A DNA stretch of 63,961 nt, counting the filler, from a bacterium (GTDB lineage: Bacteria > JAMORN01), in assembly GCA_027063545.1 (NCBI GenBank). It is 13 parts of 13 records of this genome, joined end to end, with 100 filler letters (N's around TTAATTAATTAA, not from the genome) between each part and the next. Parts side by side here need not be neighbours in the genome. Positions count along the whole stretch, not along the records: positions 51,614 to 56,448 come from JAMORN010000203.1; positions 56,549 to 61,289 come from JAMORN010000204.1; 11 more parts are not named here. One strand, given 5' to 3'. The notes under the pieces were generated by a model. The model saw only the letters and a list, made by a program, of their open reading frames with translations. It was not told where the DNA came from and did no database searches. A program made the translations under genes and the position numbers. Positions 51,888 through 61,389 of the stretch are shown piece by piece (position 1 is the first letter of the stretch; the number at the start of each line of letters is the position of its first letter).

Positions 51888-53438
51888 TTAATTCGCCATC
51901 TCCCAACTAAAACTTTTAATATTTTTCTCTTTGGAAGAAAATTCTATTCCTACTAAATAAATCTCTTTAAATCTCCCACTATACTTCTCCCAATAACCTT
52001 TCCTCTTTATCTGCTCTAATGCCTCACCTTCTCCCCCATCTACCTTAAACTCTATTATATATACCCTATCCCCTACCACAACACTTAAATCTATCCTTCC
52101 CCTTGATGTCACATCCTCGCCTATCACTTCAAAACCCAATGATTGCAAATATATATATACTACACTTGAATAATACCCCTCATATATTCCTATGTTATTC
52201 CTTACATAATTATTATATGGTATTGACGAAAATACTCCCTTGAGTACTTCTATAAAGCCTTCTACATCCCCTGACTCTAAATACTCATACATTCTATCCT
52301 GATATTCTATCTTCTCCGTTATCTGACCTGTTAAATAGTTTATTAAATAATCATTAAATGATAACTTCACCTCTTTGTTGGGAAACCTTAATTTATACTT
52401 ATACCCTCCTCTTGCTGTCTCTATTACTTCCTCTATTGTTAAATACCCACTCTGAAATAACAATACCTCTATATTTATATTCTCTATATCAAAACTATTT
52501 AATAACTCCTCGCCTACAACTAAATTCGATAACTTCGGTAAATAATACTCCCGATCCTTTATTAACTTAACTAAATAACTTGGTGTCCCCGTCTCAAACC
52601 AATAGTTCTTAAACCTATACTCATTTTTGATAAATAATAATATATCAAATGGATTATATACTCTATCCTTTAAAAAATTATATCCATTATACCACTCTCT
52701 TACCTTATCCTTATCTACTCCTTCTAAATATGGTGCAAAAACTGTTTCTAAATCTTCTTGTGTATATCCGCAAATATTCCCAAACTCAGGATTTAAGGTT
52801 ATATCCTCAAGCATGTTTAATCCACTAAATATACTTGCCTTGGAAAACTTACTTACACCCGTTAAAAATACAAACCTTATATACTCCTCTGTGTCCTTTA
52901 GTATCGTATATAACACCTTTATAAACTCCCTGTTCTCCTTTGCTTGTTCTTCCTTCTCTATTACATCAAGAATTGGTTTGTCATACTCATCTATTAATAC
53001 CACTACTTTCTCTTTATATACATCATATGACTTTATTATTAAATCCCTTAAACAACTTGATGGGTTATCTATATTATCGCATTCTACTTTTAGATTTTTT
53101 TGATTGTATTTTAATATATCAATTGCTGTTTGCTTTAACCCTTCAAGTGTAGAAAAGTCTCCTGCCCAACTTATTTTTATTACTGGATGAGGCTTAAAAT
53201 CATATTTATCATAAATATACAAGCCTTTAAATAATTCTTTATGCCCTTTAAATATCTCCGCTAAAGTATCTAAAAATAAACTCTTACCAAATCTCCTTGG
53301 ACGAGAAAGAAATACGTATTTATAATTCTCTATTAACTCCAGTGCCTCTTTTGTTTTATCCACATAAACATAATTTTCTTTTATTATCTCCCTGAAAGTC
53401 TGAATGCCTATTGGTAGTTTCTTTAGTTTATTTTCCAT
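51888..53438 (-). CDS. AAA-ATPase-like protein fused to a C-terminal PD-(D/E)XK nuclease domain
   Basis: LPIGIQTF, YVDKT, RPRRFGKSL (Walker A), LIDEYDKP, FLTGVSKFS, WYNGY; C-terminal GRIDL...IIEFK...ALEQIKRKGY. Confidence 0.93.
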   Translation of the reverse strand: MENKLKKLPIGIQTFREIIKENYVYVDKTKEALELIENYKYVFLSRPRRFGKSLFLDTLAEIFKGHKELFKGLYIYDKYDFKPHPVIKISWAGDFSTLEGLKQTAIDILKYNQKNLKVECDNIDNPSSCLRDLIIKSYDVYKEKVVVLIDEYDKPILDVIEKEEQAKENREFIKVLYTILKDTEEYIRFVFLTGVSKFSKASIFSGLNMLEDITLNPEFGNICGYTQEDLETVFAPYLEGVDKDKVREWYNGYNFLKDRVYNPFDILLFIKNEYRFKNYWFETGTPSYLVKLIKDREYYLPKLSNLVVGEELLNSFDIENINIEVLLFQSGYLTIEEVIETARGGYKYKLRFPNKEVKLSFNDYLINYLTGQITEKIEYQDRMYEYLESGDVEGFIEVLKGVFSSIPYNNYVRNNIGIYEGYYSSVVYIYLQSLGFEVIGEDVTSRGRIDLSVVVGDRVYIIEFKVDGGEGEALEQIKRKGYWEKYSGRFKEIYLVGIEFSSKEKNIKSFSWEMAN

Positions 53439-53504
53439 AATTAGTTTTCTCTTATCTTATTTCTTATCATAAAAATATAATTTACACAATAAAAATAAAA
53501 ACTT

Positions 53505-54155
53505 TTACTCTCCATTTTTCAATTTCAAAGCCTCGTTAAAAATATCATAAAAATTCTTTTTTACTATAATCCTTTTACAATTGACACAAATTCCCCAGGA
53601 AGACCCACCTCCACTCAAAATACTTCCACTAGCACCAAATACATAGAAACTATTTTCTTTATTACACTGAGGGCAAGTATCAACTAATTTTCCTCTACTC
53701 CAAGCATCAATAATATCTTTATCAGTTAATTTTAAACTTCCAATATAAGCAGATCCAAATATCCATCTTCCTCCAAATTCTTCTAAAATATCTTCATCTA
53801 GAAAGGCTTCTTCAAATTTATTATATAACTCAGGATAATTTTGCTTCATATATTTAATTTTTGATTCAGCCTTTTCAAGTCTAATAAGTTTTTCTTTTAA
53901 TTTATATCTTAAATTTTTAATAACTCTTTCTGGTTCATATAAAAATACCTCTCCTAAAATATCTTGAATCTCAAATGGAATTTCCTTTAGTTTAAATTGA
54001 TATAAATCTAAATCAGATCTTATAGTAATTTTTCCACCTGTGTTGATTACAATTCCTCCATACCTTAATAACTCTTTTAAATATTTTTGAAATTCTACAT
54101 TCTTCTTTAGATACTCATAACCTTCTTTGTACTTAATATTTGACAACTTACCCAT
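53505..54155 (-). CDS. Hypothetical protein with C-terminal zinc ribbon
   Basis: AGGAGG RBS; CPQC...GASGSILSGGGSSWGICVNC. Confidence 0.75.
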   Translation of the reverse strand: MGKLSNIKYKEGYEYLKKNVEFQKYLKELLRYGGIVINTGGKITIRSDLDLYQFKLKEIPFEIQDILGEVFLYEPERVIKNLRYKLKEKLIRLEKAESKIKYMKQNYPELYNKFEEAFLDEDILEEFGGRWIFGSAYIGSLKLTDKDIIDAWSRGKLVDTCPQCNKENSFYVFGASGSILSGGGSSWGICVNCKRIIVKKNFYDIFNEALKLKNGE

Positions 54156-54263
54156 ATTATACCTCCTATCTACTTTGTTTATTTAATAACTTAGTTATTT
54201 AATACAACTGTCCTTTATTTTTTTGTTATATTACAATATATAACTTCTATTCTTATGTTATAT

Positions 54264-54291
54264 AATATAATATAATTATGAAAAAAGTCAA
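54264..54291 (-). promoter_or_regulatory. Putative sigma70 promoter for the zinc-ribbon/AAA pair
   Basis: TTGACT-N16-TATATT on the minus strand. Confidence 0.4.
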
Positions 54292-54338
54292 AAATTTTTC
54301 TTATGAATAGGGTCACAAAAATTGATTCAAAAATTTTC

Positions 54339-55865
54339 CTATTGAACTATTATTATCTTATAACCCTTATTTTCAAAAAAATTCTTGATGTTATCCACGT
54401 TATCTTTTGAAGTAATAATGAAAAATTTTAACCTATTTGATGAAATATTTTTGATATAATTGTTAACCTTCTCATAACTAAAAGAACCATATATTTCGGG
54501 TAATTTTTCTAAGAGTCTAGGATCTCTATTCTGAATTTCATACTTAACCACCAAAGATATATAATCCATTTTAGAAGCATATAAAAATGGAATTTGGTTT
54601 ATAAAAGTCTCTTTTGATAAATCAATTTTATCTTTACTTACCCCATACTTCTTTAGTCTATTAAACACATTTATAATTGTCTCTAACGCCTCGATACTTC
54701 TTTTATTTTGTGTTTGACAATAACCAAGATAATAACCTTTTATATAAATATAAGGCTTATGATAAAAACCTGCTGCATAAGTTAAGCCTCTTTTTACCCT
54801 TAATTCATCTAAAATAATTGAACTAAAACCTCCACCTCCAATTATATAGGTGGAAATATTATTTAAATAATAATCCTTACTATTATATTTAATACCCCTA
54901 AAACCAAATCTTATAAATGTTTGGTTATAACCTTTATTTGAAACTAAAATTACCACATCCACACTATCATAAACATCTGAAATCTTTTCTAATCTTAGTA
55001 CTCTATCTGTATGATGCCATGTATTTTTTTTATAAAAATTTGATAATATCTTATATGAGGTCTTGATAGCATTAAATTTTGAAATATTCCCAACAATTAC
55101 AATCTTAAAATTTCCAATTTTTCTTATTCTTTCATAATTCTTTTTGATTACCTCTTGATTAATATTTTTTAAACTATTTGTATCCCCAACTATTCTATGA
55201 GAATATATTTTATTGTTTAAAATAAACTCCTTATACTTATAAGAAATAAAGCTATTTGGTTCTTCCTCCTCTCTTCTTAAGGCCGCATAAATTGTCCTCT
55301 TTTTAATCTCAATTATTGTTGAATCAAATCTAGGAAAATTAAGTAAATCCTTTAATAAATCTGTTGCTATGTCCTTATAATCATCTACAACATCCATATA
55401 AATCACACTATACTCATTATAAACATTGAAACTTATATTTATACCATAAAAATCTAATATACTATCAACCTGATTGGGTGTAAATTTTTTTGTTCCTCCA
55501 TTTAAAAGAGAATATAGAGTCAAATATATCTCTCCGTAATATCCTTCCCTATCATAAATACTTCCTATTGGAAAATAAATTTTAATCTTGAGTAACTTCG
55601 TATTCTCATCCTTCGCATAATAAAGCGTTGAATTCTTTCCTATTAGAGGAATCTTAGAATATTTTGGTATAGAATAATTAAGAGGTGGAAATTTAAGATG
55701 ATAAACATTTAATTTTTTAGATGAAATACTATTTGTATTTATATTATAAGGCTTATAGCCTAAAGCAGATAAACTAAAAGCCCAAAAAACAATAAGAAAT
55801 AAAAGAAACATCTTTAATCTACTCAACATAAACAATAGTCCTATTTTCTTTTTTAAATACCTCAT
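54339..55865 (-). CDS. M16 peptidase-like subunit (non-catalytic partner)
   Basis: GSIYD, GGTKKF, PRFD, IIGGGGFSS, LRVKRGLTY; no HxxEH motif; start may be ~55832 or 55811. Confidence 0.85.
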   Translation of the reverse strand: MRYLKKKIGLLFMLSRLKMFLLFLIVFWAFSLSALGYKPYNINTNSISSKKLNVYHLKFPPLNYSIPKYSKIPLIGKNSTLYYAKDENTKLLKIKIYFPIGSIYDREGYYGEIYLTLYSLLNGGTKKFTPNQVDSILDFYGINISFNVYNEYSVIYMDVVDDYKDIATDLLKDLLNFPRFDSTIIEIKKRTIYAALRREEEEPNSFISYKYKEFILNNKIYSHRIVGDTNSLKNINQEVIKKNYERIRKIGNFKIVIVGNISKFNAIKTSYKILSNFYKKNTWHHTDRVLRLEKISDVYDSVDVVILVSNKGYNQTFIRFGFRGIKYNSKDYYLNNISTYIIGGGGFSSIILDELRVKRGLTYAAGFYHKPYIYIKGYYLGYCQTQNKRSIEALETIINVFNRLKKYGVSKDKIDLSKETFINQIPFLYASKMDYISLVVKYEIQNRDPRLLEKLPEIYGSFSYEKVNNYIKNISSNRLKFFIITSKDNVDNIKNFFENKGYKIIIVQ

Positions 55866-56448
55866 TTGCCTTCTTTATTATATCATCTTTTGTTATACTA
55901 TCTAAAATTTCCAAATACTTTAATATATACCTCCAATCTTCATAAATAAGTTCATACCAACCAACCAAAGAATTCATAGAAGAAAATCCCTCAAACTGCC
56001 TTATATAATAATTATACATAACATTTTTGGCTCTCCCTATCTGATAGTCATCAATTTTTCCAGATTTTATTCTACAAAGAAGAGAATCAAGTTCTACTAT
56101 CACAGAATCTACTTTTATATTCTCTGATGGTGTAAAAGTAAAAACAAAAAGCCCAGGGTCTTTTAATGTATAATAAAAAGCATCACCTGAGACAACAATC
56201 TTTTTCTTTTTTATCAACTCTCTATAAATCAAAGAAGAATTACCTCCAGAAAGAATAGTTTCAATTAAATCCAAAATAACATTATCTTTTACACTATTTT
56301 TATAAATATTATAAGATAAATAAACAAAAGGCTCTGCTTTTACATCTAACTTTATTCTCCTCTCCTCATGATGTATAGACTCTTTTGTGATATGTCTTCT
56401 TTCTATATGACTTGAAGGAATATGAGAAAAGTATTTATTTATCAATTT
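55819..56448 (-). CDS. M16 (insulinase-family) peptidase C-terminal part, 5' partial
   Basis: ILSGGNSSLIYREL, KDPGLF, ITKDDIIKKANEVF. Confidence 0.85.
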   Translation of the reverse strand, partial: KLINKYFSHIPSSHIERRHITKESIHHEERRIKLDVKAEPFVYLSYNIYKNSVKDNVILDLIETILSGGNSSLIYRELIKKKKIVVSGDAFYYTLKDPGLFVFTFTPSENIKVDSVIVELDSLLCRIKSGKIDDYQIGRAKNVMYNYYIRQFEGFSSMNSLVGWYELIYEDWRYILKYLEILDSITKDDIIKKANEVFKKENRTIVYVE

Positions 56449-56549
56449 NNNNNNNNNNNNNNNNNNNNNNNNNNNNNNNNNNNNNNNNNNNNTTAATTAA
56501 TTAANNNNNNNNNNNNNNNNNNNNNNNNNNNNNNNNNNNNNNNNNNNNT

Positions 56550-56837
56550 GATATTCCAAGAATATTTCAGGAAGATTCAGTTAATTTAAGAATCTTTGAA
56601 AGTATGGCATGTGGAAGTATAATTTTAACTAAAGAAAATAATGAAATATTAGAGTTGTTTGAACCTGAAAAAGAAATTTTTATATATAAAAACTTAGAAG
56701 ATCTTCAGGAAAAATTTAATATTTTAACGACTCTTGATTCTTCCAAAAAAAATGGTATTAAAGTATCTATAATAAAAAAAATAAATTCTTATCATCGTAT
56801 TCAACATAGAATAAAAACTATTCTTGATATTATTTAA
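56550..56837 (+). CDS. CgeB-like glycosyltransferase C-terminal fragment
   Basis: SVNLRIFESMACG...LFEPEKEI...HRIQHRI. Confidence 0.8.
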   Translation, partial: DIPRIFQEDSVNLRIFESMACGSIILTKENNEILELFEPEKEIFIYKNLEDLQEKFNILTTLDSSKKNGIKVSIIKKINSYHRIQHRIKTILDII

Positions 56838-56889
56838 AAAAAAGAAAAAAGGGAGAGATGGAGAAAATTCCCTTTTTCTCCATCTACCT
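56836..56889 (-). terminator. Intrinsic terminator (U-tract on the minus strand; may be bidirectional)
   Basis: Perfect 12-bp stem AGATGGAGAAAA (56856-56867) / TTTTCTCCATCT (56874-56885); extends through AAGG/CCTT to a long U-tract. Confidence 0.75.
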
Positions 56890-56944
56890 TGGGGATATTG
56901 TATAGTTGGGAACCCTTAACAAGGAGGCCCTTTAAAAACTTCAT
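56836..56944 (-). ncRNA. Candidate sigma28-dependent small RNA (~110 nt)
   Basis: GC-elevated structured island between a sigma28-like promoter and the terminator, antisense to both neighbours. Confidence 0.5.
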
Positions 56945-56950
56945 TTATAT

Positions 56951-56979
56951 ATTTCGGATTTTTTAAATAAAAAGTTTAG
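56951..56979 (-). promoter_or_regulatory. Putative sigma28 (FliA/SigD) promoter
   Basis: CTAAA-N16-TCCGAAAT versus consensus TAAA-N15/16-GCCGATAA. Confidence 0.55.
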
Positions 56980-57060
56980 TATTTTTTTTATTTTTTTTGT
57001 AATTTTTATTTTAGAGATAAAAAATTAACATAAAAAAATTAATCAAAAAAAGGAATAAAT

Positions 57061-58359
57061 ATGGAAACAATTCTTGAAAAAATTAAAAAAGAAACAGATT
57101 TTTATTCTCTATTAGAAACTTCTTCTGAAACTATTAATGTTTCTTTTAAATCAAATGATTTACATTCTATAGAAAACTCACAAAATAGTTCTTTTAGTTT
57201 AAAAATATATAAAGATAAAAAATTAGCAAGTTCTTCAACTAATAATGAAAGATATATTGAAAATTTATATAAAGATCTAAAAGAAATAATAAATATTACC
57301 CCGGAAATAGAATATGAATTCAATTTCCCAAAAAATAAAATATTATATGAACCCAAAACTTTCTATCCTTCTGTTATTGAAATAAAAGAAGAGAAAATTT
57401 TTGAGTTATCTAAATATCTTCTAGAAAGTATATTAGAATTAGATAATAAATTAATCGTTGATATTGATGTTTCTAAATCTGTTTCTAAAATAAAAATTAT
57501 AAATTCTGAAAATATATTTAGACAGTATAATAAAACTTATTTTTCAGTATCTGCTTATGCTGTAAAGACAGAATCCGATGGGTTATTATGGCTTGGAGAT
57601 TATTCTATCTCCCTTGACTACTCTGAAAAAGCTGCTAATGATATAATTAATTCTATAAAAAGACAACTTAGTTGGGCTAAAAATAAAAGTAATCCAGAAA
57701 AATCGGGTAAATATCCTGTTGTATTTTCTCCTAGTGTTGTTAAATTCCTTTTAGAAACATTTTTACTCGGAGCCTCAGCAAAAAACCACTATAAAAAAAT
57801 ATCTCCTCTATTAGATAAACTAGATAAAAAAATTGTTGATGAAAAATTCTCTCTCATAGATGATCCTTTTGTTAATGGTATGATTTCTACAAAACCTTTT
57901 GATGCAGAAGGTATTGCTTGTAAAAAAGTACCTATTATTGAAAAAGGTATTTATAAAGGAATTATTACAGATATTAAGCATTCTATACTTCTTAATATAG
58001 AACCTACTGGAAATGCCTCATCTCATTCTACAACCCCAGATATAAATTTTAGAAATATTATAATACCAGAAGGTGAAAAAAATTTAAACCAAATCGTAAA
58101 AGATATAAAAGAAGGAATATTTGTTGAAAGTGTATTAGGAGCAGGACAATCCAATATGCTCTCTGGAGATTTTGCGGTTAATGTAAGTTTAGGTTATCAT
58201 ATAAAAAACGGAGAAATTGTTGGTAGGGTCAAAAATCTGATGATAAGTGGTAATGTTTATGAAATTTTCAAAGAAATTGAGTTATCTAAAGAAACTGAGA
58301 TAAAAGGTAGTTTAAAATCACCATATATACTTTTTAGCTCAGTAAATGTTAATATTTAA
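57061..58359 (+). CDS. TldD/PmbA family protein (PmbA/TldE-like)
   Basis: SGKYPVVFSP, SLIDDP, PFDAEG, IIEKGI, PTGNA, SGDFAV, IKNGEIVGRVKNLMISGN. Confidence 0.92.
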   Translation: METILEKIKKETDFYSLLETSSETINVSFKSNDLHSIENSQNSSFSLKIYKDKKLASSSTNNERYIENLYKDLKEIINITPEIEYEFNFPKNKILYEPKTFYPSVIEIKEEKIFELSKYLLESILELDNKLIVDIDVSKSVSKIKIINSENIFRQYNKTYFSVSAYAVKTESDGLLWLGDYSISLDYSEKAANDIINSIKRQLSWAKNKSNPEKSGKYPVVFSPSVVKFLLETFLLGASAKNHYKKISPLLDKLDKKIVDEKFSLIDDPFVNGMISTKPFDAEGIACKKVPIIEKGIYKGIITDIKHSILLNIEPTGNASSHSTTPDINFRNIIIPEGEKNLNQIVKDIKEGIFVESVLGAGQSNMLSGDFAVNVSLGYHIKNGEIVGRVKNLMISGNVYEIFKEIELSKETEIKGSLKSPYILFSSVNVNI

Positions 58360-58395
58360 AACAAAATAAATATATTATAATATTTGATTTTTTTA

Positions 58396-58448
58396 TTGAG
58401 AAAATAAGATAAGTTTAATATATTTTAGTTAGGGATTAACTTTGTTAA
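58396..58448 (+). promoter_or_regulatory. Putative malQ promoter followed by a palindromic operator-like site
   Basis: TTGAGA-N17-TATATT (58396-58424), then TTAAC-TTT-GTTAA (58436-58448). Confidence 0.4.
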
Positions 58449-58470
58449 ATTTATAAAAGGAAAAATTATT

Positions 58471-59991
58471 ATGGAAAAAAAAGAAATGTTAAAGAGAGGT
58501 TCGGGAATATTACTTCACCCAATAAGTTTGCCTTCTAAATATCCAATAGGAGATTTAGGAGAAAATGCTTATTTATTTATAGATAAGTTAAAAGAAGCTA
58601 ATTTTTCTTATTGGCAAATACTTCCTTTGAATATTGTAGGATATGGATATTCTCCTTATATGTCAAAATCTGCTTTTAGTTTTAATTGGATTTTAATTAG
58701 CCCTGAAAAATTAATGGAATATAAATTGTTAGATGAGATTCCTTTATTAGAATATAAACCTAAGCCTTGGAAAATTAACTATGAAGAAGCTATAAAGTTT
58801 AAAACTCACATCTTAAATAATGCTTTTAAAAACTTTAAAAAAGGAATAACTCCTCATCTAGAAGAAGAATATAAATCATTTATAAAAAAATTTCCTCATG
58901 TCCAATGGGACGCTTTATTTCACTATTTATCAACTCAATATGGAGATGAATGGCTAAAATGGCCTAAAGAATATAGGGAACCTTCAAAAAAATTATTAAA
59001 TAGATATAAACATGAAGAAGAATTTGAAAAGTATATATTTTCTCAATTTATATTTTATAAACAATGGAAAGAGTTAAAAGAATATGCTAACAGAAATAAT
59101 ATTAAAATTATTGGAGATATTCCTCTTTATGTATCATATAATAGTAGCGATGTATGGATAAACAAATCTATTTTTGACCTTAATAAAAAAACATTAAAAC
59201 CAAATAAAGTTGCAGGTGTGCCTCCTGATTATTTTAGTGAAACAGGACAATTATGGGGCAATCCTTTATATAAATGGTTTAATGATAAAAATGAATTAAA
59301 TAAAGAAACTATTGATTGGTGGATTGAAAGATTTAAAGTAATCTTAGAACTTGTTGATATTGTAAGAATTGATCATTTTAGAGGATTTGAGTCATATTGG
59401 GCTGTAAAATATGGCGAAAAAACTGCTATAAATGGAAAATGGTTAAAAGGTCCTGGAAAAGAATTTTTTGATATTATATTTAAAAAGTTAGGGCAATTTC
59501 CTATAATAGCAGAGGATTTAGGGATAATTACAGAAGAAGTGGAAAAGTTAAGAGATGAGTTGGAATTTCCGGGAATGAAAATTCTCCAATTTGCATTTAA
59601 TTCTCCAAATAATAAATATTTACCATCTAATTATACATCTCCTAATTGTGTAGTATATACTGGAACCCATGATAATAATACTACTAAAGGATGGTTCTTA
59701 GAAGAAGCTTCTGAATTTGAGAAACACTTTATATGGCAATATACAAAAAGGGTATATAATCAAGAAAATGTAACTGAATTGTTAATTGATATAGCTTTTT
59801 CATCTATTGCAAAACTTGCTATTATACCAATGCAAGATATATTAAACTTAGATAGTTATCATAGGATGAATACACCAGGAACCAGTGGTGATAATTGGAA
59901 TTGGAAAATGGAACTAGAAGGATTATATAATTTTGATATTGAAAAATACAAAGAATTAAATTATGTATATAATAGAAAACCTAAGGAGTAA
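58471..59991 (+). CDS. malQ: 4-alpha-glucanotransferase (amylomaltase, GH77)
   Basis: SGILLHPISLP, WQILPL, AGVPPDYFSETGQLWGNP, RIDHFRG, IAEDLG, YTGTHDNNT, RMNTPG. Confidence 0.98.
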   Translation: MEKKEMLKRGSGILLHPISLPSKYPIGDLGENAYLFIDKLKEANFSYWQILPLNIVGYGYSPYMSKSAFSFNWILISPEKLMEYKLLDEIPLLEYKPKPWKINYEEAIKFKTHILNNAFKNFKKGITPHLEEEYKSFIKKFPHVQWDALFHYLSTQYGDEWLKWPKEYREPSKKLLNRYKHEEEFEKYIFSQFIFYKQWKELKEYANRNNIKIIGDIPLYVSYNSSDVWINKSIFDLNKKTLKPNKVAGVPPDYFSETGQLWGNPLYKWFNDKNELNKETIDWWIERFKVILELVDIVRIDHFRGFESYWAVKYGEKTAINGKWLKGPGKEFFDIIFKKLGQFPIIAEDLGIITEEVEKLRDELEFPGMKILQFAFNSPNNKYLPSNYTSPNCVVYTGTHDNNTTKGWFLEEASEFEKHFIWQYTKRVYNQENVTELLIDIAFSSIAKLAIIPMQDILNLDSYHRMNTPGTSGDNWNWKMELEGLYNFDIEKYKELNYVYNRKPKE

Positions 59992-59993
59992 AT

Positions 59994-60308
59994 ATGACAG
60001 AAATTATTAAAATACCTGGTACAAATATCTCTATATTAAAAAAATTTTATGATAAGCTATTCGAAGATTATAAAGATAAACTTTTAATATTTACACCTCC
60101 TGAAAAAGAGAATAAAAAAGTTACTCACTATATAACGGTAAAAGACATTGATAAATGTATAGAAAAAATAAGGCAACTTGGTGGTAAAATTGTTGTTGAG
60201 AAAACTCCTGTTCCGAGAATGGGATATTTTATTGAAGCAGAGGATCCAGAAGGAAACTATTTTGGATTATGGCAGGAAGATGAGGATGCTGAATTATATG
60301 ATGAATAA
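59994..60308 (+). CDS. VOC/glyoxalase-family protein
   Basis: YITVKDID...LGGKIV...GYF...DPEGNYFGLWQ. Confidence 0.85.
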   Translation: MTEIIKIPGTNISILKKFYDKLFEDYKDKLLIFTPPEKENKKVTHYITVKDIDKCIEKIRQLGGKIVVEKTPVPRMGYFIEAEDPEGNYFGLWQEDEDAELYDE

Positions 60309-60421
60309 AATGTTAATATTATATTTTTGATTTATTTTATATTTTTTTATAATTAAATATCACTTTTTATATAATAAAAATAATATTTAGATATATCTAA
60401 ATACAAATAAGGAAGTGGACT

Positions 60422-61289
60422 ATGGAGAGAGAAAAAGTATTTTCATTAATTTTTCCTCTTTTTAAATTAATATCAGAACAGAATTCTAATATTATATCAA
60501 CAAACTTAAATAACATAAAATTATTAATTGAAAATTCTTCTTTATCTCAAGAAAATATTTCCACATTAAACGAATTCTATAATACCCTAGAAACTCTAAG
60601 TACAAAAAATTCTAAGATCTTGGATTTAATTGCTAGGCAAAAAAAACAGTTTGATATTATTGACCAAGAAACCTCACAAATAAAAAAATATATAGAATAT
60701 ATTAACAATATTTCTGAAATGACTAAAATTTTATCTTTAAATGCAGCAATAGAGTCTGCTAGAGCAGGAGAAATAGGGAAAGGATTTTCTGTTATTGCTA
60801 AAGATTTTACAACCTCTATTTCTGAAAGTATAGATAATTTGTCTAAAAATATCGATAGTCTGAAATCTATAGTTGATGAAATAGTAGATATCTCTAATGA
60901 AATAAGTAATTTGTTTAATCTTATAAATAAAAAAATAGAAAGTATTCTTAATACATCTAATTCATTAAATAATTAAATTACCATATCTATACTTTCATTT
61001 AAATTTCCTGTAATAGTTACTACACATATAAATTCAATATATAAACTTGCTCTTTTTATTACTAATGATGAAGAATATAAACTTGTAGATTCCAATTCTT
61101 GTTATTTAGCAGAAATTGTAAGAACTGATGAATATATCCAAGAATATAAAGAAAATTCTCAATATTATGAACCTCTTATGAACTTACATAATAAATGGCA
61201 TAAGGTTGTTGAAAATATATATTATGCAAAACTAAATAATGATTACAATGAATTAGAAAAAGGGTTAAAAGAACTCTATGATACTTCTG
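60422..61289 (+). pseudogene. Soluble chemoreceptor (MCP + CZB zinc-binding domain) interrupted by an in-frame TAA
   Basis: [26 protein letters not shown] at 60974-60976, then the same frame continues >100 codons with THINS...DSNSCYLA...LHNKWHKVV. Confidence 0.8.
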
Positions 61290-61389
61290 NNNNNNNNNNN
61301 NNNNNNNNNNNNNNNNNNNNNNNNNNNNNNNNNTTAATTAATTAANNNNNNNNNNNNNNNNNNNNNNNNNNNNNNNNNNNNNNNNNNNN

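Noticed and set aside
56834-56944. 36-aa leaderless peptide MKFLKGLLVKGSQ...LFSFF on the minus strand
   Set aside because: Its stop lies beyond the terminator U-tract and no motif is recognisable; the RNA interpretation is preferred, though the peptide is not excluded
60974-60976. Stop-codon reassignment or programmed readthrough
   Set aside because: TAA ends most genes in the window normally, and a second lesion in the same gene indicates decay
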